DNA of 45,687 nucleotides, from assembly GCA_050122055.1 (NCBI GenBank), contig JASFJM010000001.1, positions 1 to 45,687 of the forward strand, written 5' to 3'. This stretch comes from Gammaproteobacteria bacterium (GTDB lineage: Bacteria; Pseudomonadota; Gammaproteobacteria; Steroidobacterales; XN24). The notes below the pieces were generated by a model that saw only the letters and a program-made list of their open reading frames with translations, had not been told where the DNA came from and did no database searches. Positions 39,972 through 45,687 of the stretch are shown piece after piece (position 1 is the first letter of the stretch; each line of letters starts with the position of its first letter). The translations under genes were made by a program, and so were the position numbers.

Positions 39972-41118
39972 CGGTGAGCTCCTTGCCGACCACCAGCTCG
40001 TGGATGGTCTCGGTGCCCTCGTAGGTGATCACGCTCTCCAGGTTGAGCATGTGGCGGACGGGGCAGTACTCGGCGCTGATGCCGGAACCGCCCAGCACGT
40101 CGCGGGCGTCCCGGGCCACATCCAGGGCCATGCGCACATTGTTCCACTTGGCCATGGACACCTGCCCGGGCTGCATGGCGCCGGCATCCTTCAATCGGCC
40201 GAGTTGCAGCGACATCAGCTGCGCGGTCGTGATCCGCCGGCTCATCTCCGCCAGCCGCCGCTGGATGGTCTGCGTATGAGTGTTCGGCCGCCCGAACAAC
40301 TCACGCTCCGCGGAGTAGTCCAGCGCCTCCCTGAGGCAGGCCTGGGCTGCGCCGATCGCGCCCCAGGTGATGCCGTAGCGGGCCTGGGTGAGACAGGACA
40401 GCGGACCCTTGAGACCCTTCACGCCGGGCAACATGTTTTCGGCCGGCACGCGCACGTTATCGAAAAACAGTGAGGACGTGACCGACGCCCGCAGCGAGAA
40501 CTTGCGCAGGATCTCCGGCGCATCGAATCCGGGGGTGTCTTTCTCGACCAGGAAGCCACGGATACCTTCGTCGGTCTGCGCCCAGACCACGGCGACATCG
40601 GCGATGGATCCGTTGGTGATCCACATCTTGGCGCCGTTGATGATCCAGTCGTCGCCGTCTTTCCTGGCGTGGGTCTTCATGTTGGAGGGGTCCGAGCCCC
40701 CGTGAGGCTCGGTCAATCCGAAGCATCCTATCGCTTCGCCCCGCGCCATGGCCGGCAGCCAGCGGTCTTTTTGCGCGTCGCTGCCAAAGGCGTGGATGGG
40801 ATACATGCAGAGGCTGGATTGGACCGACACGAAGCTGCGGATGCCCGAGTCGCCGCGCTCAAGTTCCTGACAGATCAGCCCGTAACAGACCGAGTTGAGG
40901 CCAGCGCACTCGTAACCGTCGATGGACGATCCGAACAGCCCGAGGGCAGCGATCTCCGGCACCAGCTCGGCCGGGAACCGGTGTTCCTCGAAGGCCTCGC
41001 GGATGATCGGCAGGACCTTCTCGTCGGTGAAGCGGGCGACGCTGTCCTGCACCATCTGTTCCTCTTCGGAAAGCTGGCCGCGGACGTCGTAAAAATCCAT
41101 GGGGTTGATAGCGGACAA
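39955..41118 (-). CDS. gcdH: glutaryl-CoA dehydrogenase (acyl-CoA dehydrogenase family)
   Basis: Motifs are GCFGLTEPHGGSDPSNMKTHARKDGDDWIINGAKMWITNG and ITYEGTETIHELVVGKELTG. The start is TTG 41118 or ATG 41100. The remaining roughly 400 codons of track ORF 39955..42309 are antisense to the HDAC gene. Confidence 0.92.
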   Translation of the reverse strand: MSAINPMDFYDVRGQLSEEEQMVQDSVARFTDEKVLPIIREAFEEHRFPAELVPEIAALGLFGSSIDGYECAGLNSVCYGLICQELERGDSGIRSFVSVQSSLCMYPIHAFGSDAQKDRWLPAMARGEAIGCFGLTEPHGGSDPSNMKTHARKDGDDWIINGAKMWITNGSIADVAVVWAQTDEGIRGFLVEKDTPGFDAPEILRKFSLRASVTSSLFFDNVRVPAENMLPGVKGLKGPLSCLTQARYGITWGAIGAAQACLREALDYSAERELFGRPNTHTQTIQRRLAEMSRRITTAQLMSLQLGRLKDAGAMQPGQVSMAKWNNVRMALDVARDARDVLGGSGISAEYCPVRHMLNLESVITYEGTETIHELVVGKELTGVNAF

Positions 41119-41319
41119 GATATGCTCCGGGATGGACCTGAGGCCTTTGACAAAGACCCCTGATGATACCGGAACCGTGGTGACGGTGGCATCCGCGCGG
41201 CGAAAACAGGCAACCCGGATTCGGCCGGCCGGCGGTCCCGGATCGGTCGGATCCGGCCCCGGGTCCGTGTTACTGTAAACAGACGGCCGGTCGGCCCGGC
41301 AATCCTCTCCAGGATCCGG

Positions 41320-42258
41320 ATGCGCGTCAGCTATCACCCCGATTATTACGTGGAGCTCCCGGCGGGACATCCGTTCCCCATGGCCAAGTTCCCCGACCTC
41401 CACGCCATCCTGACGGACAGCGCCGTGATCGCCCGCGGCGACATCGTGCGGCCGAAGGAGGCCGGGCTGGACCTGCTGCGGCTGGTGCATACCGAGGAGT
41501 ATCTGTGGAAGCTGGACACGGGCAACCTCAGCCCGGCCGAGGAGCGCCGTCTCGGTATCCCCTGGACCGAACCGCTGTGGCGGCGATCGAGACTGGCAGT
41601 GTCCGGGACGGTCAACGCCGGCCTGATGGCCCTGGAAGACGGTTATTCCGGCAACCTCGCCGGCGGCACTCACCACGCCTTCCCGGATCACGGCCAGGGT
41701 TTTTGCGTGCTCAACGATGTGGCGATCGCTATCCGACGCATGACGGCTGACGGTCGCATCCGCCGTGCGCTGGTGGTGGACCTGGACGTTCATCAGGGAA
41801 ACGGCACCGCGTCGATCTTCGAGCCCGATGCCGCCGTCTACACTTTTTCGATGCACGGCGAGAAGAACTTCCCGGCCAGGAAGACCCGTTCGAATCTGGA
41901 CGTGGGCCTCCCCTGTGGCTGCGGCGACGAGCGTTATCTCGATACCCTGGCAGACACTCTGCCGGGGGTGATCGACGCGGCGCGTCCCGATTGTGTGTTC
42001 TACCTGGCCGGCGTCGATCCCGTGGCCGGGGACCGTTATGGCCGCATGATGCTCAGCGAGGACGGGCTGGCTGACCGGGACCGCTTCGTCATCGATCGCA
42101 TCTGCGCCGCCGGGATACCACTGGTGCTGCTGCTTTCGGGCGGATATGCGGACACGCCTTTCCGCACCGCCGAGCTTCACGCGGTGGCGTTCCGGACAGC
42201 GGTGGAGCGCTATGAAGGACGTACCGGCGTCCCAGGCCAGGCGCCCGCGCCGGCCTGA
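41320..42258 (+). CDS. histone deacetylase / acetoin-utilisation (HDAC class) family deacetylase
   Basis: Catalytic motifs are GGTHHAFPDHGQGFCVLND, VVDLDVHQGNGT and GVDPVAGD. Confidence 0.92.
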   Translation: MRVSYHPDYYVELPAGHPFPMAKFPDLHAILTDSAVIARGDIVRPKEAGLDLLRLVHTEEYLWKLDTGNLSPAEERRLGIPWTEPLWRRSRLAVSGTVNAGLMALEDGYSGNLAGGTHHAFPDHGQGFCVLNDVAIAIRRMTADGRIRRALVVDLDVHQGNGTASIFEPDAAVYTFSMHGEKNFPARKTRSNLDVGLPCGCGDERYLDTLADTLPGVIDAARPDCVFYLAGVDPVAGDRYGRMMLSEDGLADRDRFVIDRICAAGIPLVLLLSGGYADTPFRTAELHAVAFRTAVERYEGRTGVPGQAPAPA

Positions 42259-42354
42259 GAACAGCCTTATGAAGATCCCCGGGATCCTGCCGGTCGAAGC
42301 CCGACACAAGCCCGGCGGCCTTGCCAGAGTGCCGGGTTGGATCGCCGAGGTGGA

Positions 42355-42828
42355 TCAGTAGCGGATGCCGAAGCGCTGATAGATGAAGGAAAGCAGCCAC
42401 ATGGGGCCGATCATCAGGAACTGCATGTCCTGAAAGAACGATGGCCGCTTGCCTTCGACCATATGGCCGATGAACTGTCCGATCCAGGCCAGCACGAAGA
42501 TCCCGAGGCAGACACCCCAAAGCGGCGTCTGCAGGCCGTCCAGCCAGTACAGGGCGCCGGTGAAGGCCGCCATGACGCCGATCATCCCCACCGCCAGCGG
42601 CGGCGAGAGGATGAAGTAATAGACTACCGCCGCCATCATGAACAACACGCCCCAGTTCAGCACCGGCGATATTTCCCGGAACGCCGGGGGCACCGGCAGC
42701 GACCACAGCATCCCGATCAGGCTCAGGGCGATGAGCGGCACGCACACCCAGTGCACCGCCTTGTTGGTGGGGTTCTGGTGGCTCTCCCCGTATTCGTCGA
42801 GCCATTGCTGGACCGGTTTGAGGGACAT
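42355..42828 (-). CDS. Mpo1-like (DUF962) membrane protein
   Basis: It reads WLDEYGESHQNPTNKAVHWVCVP...GQFIGHMVEGKRPSFFQD. Confidence 0.82.
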   Translation of the reverse strand: MSLKPVQQWLDEYGESHQNPTNKAVHWVCVPLIALSLIGMLWSLPVPPAFREISPVLNWGVLFMMAAVVYYFILSPPLAVGMIGVMAAFTGALYWLDGLQTPLWGVCLGIFVLAWIGQFIGHMVEGKRPSFFQDMQFLMIGPMWLLSFIYQRFGIRY

Positions 42829-42922
42829 GATCGCTCCTTGCGGGCGGTGAATCTGGTTCGGACCCGAATGATAAACCAGGCCCGGCGGGGCAGAAGATTC
42901 AGATGAGCACAGGGTAAATAGA

Positions 42923-42941
42923 AATACGAATCATTGTCATT
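42923..42941. promoter_or_regulatory. Fur-box-like operator, copy B
   Basis: AATACGAATCATTGTCATT is identical to copy A (35932-35950) at 17 of 19 positions. It overlaps the -35 of the porin promoter. An extra AATGATAAA half-site lies at 42867-42875. Confidence 0.5.
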
Positions 42942-42962
42942 TGCATCTATCCGCCCTAGAAT
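42934..42962 (+). promoter_or_regulatory. sigma-70-type promoter of the porin operon
   Basis: TTGTCA (42934-39), a 17-nt spacer, then TAGAAT (42957-62), about 55 nt upstream of the porin ATG. Confidence 0.5.
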
Positions 42963-43016
42963 GACCCCATGCCGGTTTCTCCGGCATCAAACGACAACAG
43001 GAAGAAAAGGGGTCAG

Positions 43017-44306
43017 ATGATGTTTTCCCTCAGTCGCGCCAGTCTGCTCGCCGTCCTCGGCTGCCTCACCGTCTTGCCGGTCTGGTCGGATGAGCCCTCG
43101 AACCCCATGGTCGAGACGCCCAGCGCCCAGGAGATGTGGCGGATCATCCAGCAACAGCAGCGCCAGATCGAGGTGCTCCAGCGTCAGCTGGAGGCCACCA
43201 ACCAGAAAGTGGCGGAGACCGGCGAGCGGGTCGCCGAGACCGATCAGAAAGTGGAGATGGCCGGCGACATGATCGAGCAGGTCGCCAGCACGCCGGCCGC
43301 CGGCAACTGGGCCGACCGCACCAGCCTCGGTGGCTACGGCGAGTTGCATTACAACAATCTGGACAGCAAGGAGGAGATCGACTTCCACCGTTTCGTGCTG
43401 TACATCAACCACGACTTCACCGACAGCATCCGTTTCGTCTCGGAGCTGGAGCTTGAGCACTCCGTCGCCGGCGACGGCAAAAACGGCGAGATCGAGCTCG
43501 AGCAGGCCTATGTGGAATTCGACCTCAACGAGCGCAACGCCCTTCGCGCCGGTCTGTTCCTGGTGCCGGTCGGCATCCTCAACGAGACCCACGAGCCGCC
43601 GACCTTCTACGGCGTCGAACGCAACCCCGTCGAAACCAACATCATCCCCACCACCTGGTGGGAAGGCGGCGCCGACCTCCACGGCGAGCTGGCGCCCGGA
43701 TTCAGTTACAACCTGGCCGTCAGCTCCGGCCTGGACGTACCCCAGAGCGGCAGCCGGGCATTCCTGATCCGCAGCGGCCGCAGCAAGGTCTCGGAAGCCC
43801 GGGCCGACGACGGCGCGCTGACCGGCAGGCTCAAATGGACCGGGATGCCCGGCGTGGAGCTGGCCATGACCGGTCAGTACCAGAGCGACGTCACCCAGGG
43901 CGATCTCAATGTCAGCGCCACCCTGTTCGAGGCCCATGCCGATATCCGCCGCGGCCCATTCGGTCTGCGGGCGCTCTACGCCCGCTGGGACCTGGACAAG
44001 TCCGCCGTGATCGCCGCCTCCGATCCGGCCGCCGTCGGCCGCGACGAACAGATGGGCTGGTATGTGGAGCCGTCCATACGCGGACGGCTGTGGACCATCC
44101 CGGGCGAGTTCGGTGCTTTCGTCCGTTACAACGTCTGGGACAACAATGCGGGCAGCTCCAACAACACCGAGTTCCAGCAATACAATGCCGGCTTCAACTA
44201 CTGGCCGATCCCGGACGTGGTGCTGAAGTTCGACGCTCAGCAACAGGACAACGACAGCGCCAAGAACGACAACGGGTTCAACCTCGGCGTCGGTTACCAG
44301 TTCTGA
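43017..44306 (+). CDS. outer-membrane beta-barrel porin with N-terminal coiled-coil segment
   Basis: ATG 43017 gives the signal peptide MMFSLSRASLLAVLGCLTVLPVWS. A heptad-like stretch follows (QEMWRIIQQQQRQIEVLQRQLEATNQKVAETGERVAETDQKVE). Alternating beta-strand patterns end in the C-terminal ...GFNLGVGYQF (terminal Phe). Confidence 0.85.
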   Translation: MMFSLSRASLLAVLGCLTVLPVWSDEPSNPMVETPSAQEMWRIIQQQQRQIEVLQRQLEATNQKVAETGERVAETDQKVEMAGDMIEQVASTPAAGNWADRTSLGGYGELHYNNLDSKEEIDFHRFVLYINHDFTDSIRFVSELELEHSVAGDGKNGEIELEQAYVEFDLNERNALRAGLFLVPVGILNETHEPPTFYGVERNPVETNIIPTTWWEGGADLHGELAPGFSYNLAVSSGLDVPQSGSRAFLIRSGRSKVSEARADDGALTGRLKWTGMPGVELAMTGQYQSDVTQGDLNVSATLFEAHADIRRGPFGLRALYARWDLDKSAVIAASDPAAVGRDEQMGWYVEPSIRGRLWTIPGEFGAFVRYNVWDNNAGSSNNTEFQQYNAGFNYWPIPDVVLKFDAQQQDNDSAKNDNGFNLGVGYQF

Positions 44307-44332
44307 GGATAGGACACGCCGCCACGATCCCC

Positions 44333-44941
44333 ATGCAAGACCCGATGCATCATTCGCTGCCCAATGAGACTCGTGCCAGTGACGCAGGCCCGGCGCCGTC
44401 CCGTCTTGTTAGCAGGCTCTATTACGTCGTGCTGTTGAGTCTGGTCCTGGCCTGCGTCAGCGGCCAGGCGGTGGCGCGCGGCGTCTACCAGGAACCGGAC
44501 GATTTTCTCAGCGAGACTTTTGCCGGCGAACCGCCGGCGGTCAGGGCGCTGTGGATCACCCCGGAACTGAGGGACGAGGTCGCCGGCATTCTCGGCCACC
44601 CACCCAACGCCATGCGCATCCGCTACTGGGCCGAAGGCGGCCGCACCGCATGGATCGTGGAGGAGATCGGCAAGGAGAAGCCCATCACCACCGGCATCGT
44701 GGTCAACGACGGCAGCATCGAGCGGGTCAAAGTGCTGATCTTCCGCGAGAGCCGCGGCTGGGAAGTGCGCCACGATTTCTTCACCAAACAGTTCCACGGC
44801 GCTACGCTCAACGGTCACCGGGAGCTGGATCGCTCCATCGACGGCATCTCCGGGGCTACCATGTCGGTCAGCGCAGTGACCCGCCTCGCGCGCATGGTCC
44901 TGCTGCTGGACCGGAAGGTGGCCGCCCATGAGTCCCGCTAA
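44333..44941 (+). CDS. membrane-anchored FMN_bind domain protein (flavinylation motif SGAT)
   Basis: ATG 44333 or 44345. The TM anchor reads LYYVVLLSLVLACVSGQAVA. The FMN-binding domain carries DGISGATMS (44840-44866), the [ST]GA[TS] covalent-FMN site type seen in NqrC/RnfG. Confidence 0.8.
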   Translation: MQDPMHHSLPNETRASDAGPAPSRLVSRLYYVVLLSLVLACVSGQAVARGVYQEPDDFLSETFAGEPPAVRALWITPELRDEVAGILGHPPNAMRIRYWAEGGRTAWIVEEIGKEKPITTGIVVNDGSIERVKVLIFRESRGWEVRHDFFTKQFHGATLNGHRELDRSIDGISGATMSVSAVTRLARMVLLLDRKVAAHESR

Positions 44942-45687
44942 ACGACTGCGGCGCCGCAGCGCGCTCGCCACCTGGCACCGGCGCCTGGGTCTGACCGCGG
45001 CGCTATTCGTGCTGATGCTGTCCATCACCGGTCTGGCCCTCAATCACACCGATAGTCTGGGGCTCGATGACCGCTTCGTCGGAGCCGACTGGCTGCTCCG
45101 CTGGTACGGCATCGACGCGCCCGGGCATGGTGAGAGCTTCCGGCTGGACCGGAGCGACGTCACCCGGCTGGGGGATCGGCTCTATCTGGACGCCCGAGTG
45201 ATCGAGCACGATGTGGGCGCCCTGACCGGCGCCGTCTCCACCGAGGGCCTCATCATCGTCGCCGTGGATGGAGACCTGCTGGTGCTGACCGCCGCCGGCG
45301 ACCGGGTCGAACGGCTGGGACGCGAGGACGGCATCCCCGCCGGCATCCGCGCCGTCGGCATGGACGCGGACGGCCGGGTGATCGTCCGCACTGCTGCCGG
45401 CACCTACCGGGCCGACTCCCAGCTTCTCGCCTGGGCGCCGTCCGGAGGCGGATCCTCCGACCTCCGATGGCCGGAACCTGCGTCGCCCGACCCGGCCCTG
45501 CTCGCCACCCTGCGCAGCGATTATTTGTCGAATATCCTGACCCTGGAGCGGGTCCTTCTGGATCTGCACAGCGGCCGTATCTTCGGCCGCTACGGTCCCT
45601 GGCTGATGGACGCGGCGGCCGTCCTGCTGCTGGTGCTGGCGGTGACCGGCGTCTGGCTGTGGTCCGGGCTCCGCCCCAACGGCCGGT
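44928..45687 (+). CDS. PepSY-associated TM helix (PepSY_TM) family protein, 3' end beyond window
   Basis: The ATG at 44928 overlaps the previous gene by 14 nt. Motifs are WHRRLGLTAALFVLMLSITGLALNH and LDLHSGRIFGRYGPWLMDAAAVLLLVLAVTGVWLW. The frame is open to the window end, so the gene is absent from the ORF track. Confidence 0.8.
   Translation, partial: MSPAKRLRRRSALATWHRRLGLTAALFVLMLSITGLALNHTDSLGLDDRFVGADWLLRWYGIDAPGHGESFRLDRSDVTRLGDRLYLDARVIEHDVGALTGAVSTEGLIIVAVDGDLLVLTAAGDRVERLGREDGIPAGIRAVGMDADGRVIVRTAAGTYRADSQLLAWAPSGGGSSDLRWPEPASPDPALLATLRSDYLSNILTLERVLLDLHSGRIFGRYGPWLMDAAAVLLLVLAVTGVWLWSGLRPNGR

Noticed and set aside
41283-41300. TGTTACTGTAAACAGA in the gcdH/HDAC divergent region looked like a LexA (CTGT-N8-ACAG) or TetR-type operator
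   Set aside because: The CTGT/ACAG spacing is only 2-3 nt instead of 8, and the inverted repeat is imperfect. There is not enough support to call a site.
41119-42309. Upstream roughly 400 codons of the 784-aa minus-strand ORF 39955..42309
   Set aside because: The stretch is antisense to the well-supported HDAC-family gene and has no acyl-CoA dehydrogenase similarity. GcdH homology begins near INPMDFYDVRGQLSEEEQ (start 41118 or 41100).

Overview
A 45.7-kb chromosomal segment that looks GC-rich by eye and has proteobacterial (probably gammaproteobacterial) gene content. It is densely packed with about 50 protein-coding genes on both strands. All family names come from reading motifs in the translations; no database search was possible. 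I found no rRNA, tRNA, CRISPR array, transposase, integrase or phage genes, and no recognisable defence or mobile system. Confident housekeeping and metabolic genes are priA (3' end cut by the window), pntAB transhydrogenase, hemH, gltBD glutamate synthase, slyD, hspQ, gcdH, a fused E1 alpha/beta TPP dehydrogenase, two MATE exporters, an alanine/glycine:cation symporter, a 5'-3' exonuclease, a fructosamine kinase, an HDAC-family deacetylase and an RRM-type RNA-binding protein. Many long ORFs in the track are antisense or alternative-frame shadows typical of GC-rich DNA, and several real genes start well inside the listed ORFs. Two real genes are missing from the track because they run off the window (priA on the left, a PepSY_TM gene on the right). 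The observations most worth follow-up are: (1) a 19-nt Fur-box-like operator present in two distant intergenic regions at 17/19 identity, one copy over the promoter of a porin / flavinylatable FMN_bind / PepSY_TM module that looks like an extracytoplasmic iron-reduction and uptake unit; (2) a translationally coupled ECF sigma / membrane anti-sigma-like / small acidic secreted protein / periplasmic protein with eight LTXXQ-like repeats, in which the sigma gene has no canonical start codon; (3) a nitrilase C-terminal remnant abutting an orphan two-component system, marking a past rearrangement; (4) an inverted DnaA-box pair plus an AT-rich island just upstream of priA; (5) a structured leader and a 26-nt palindrome upstream of the RRM gene. 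None of these is proven to be novel, and all need database or experimental checks.
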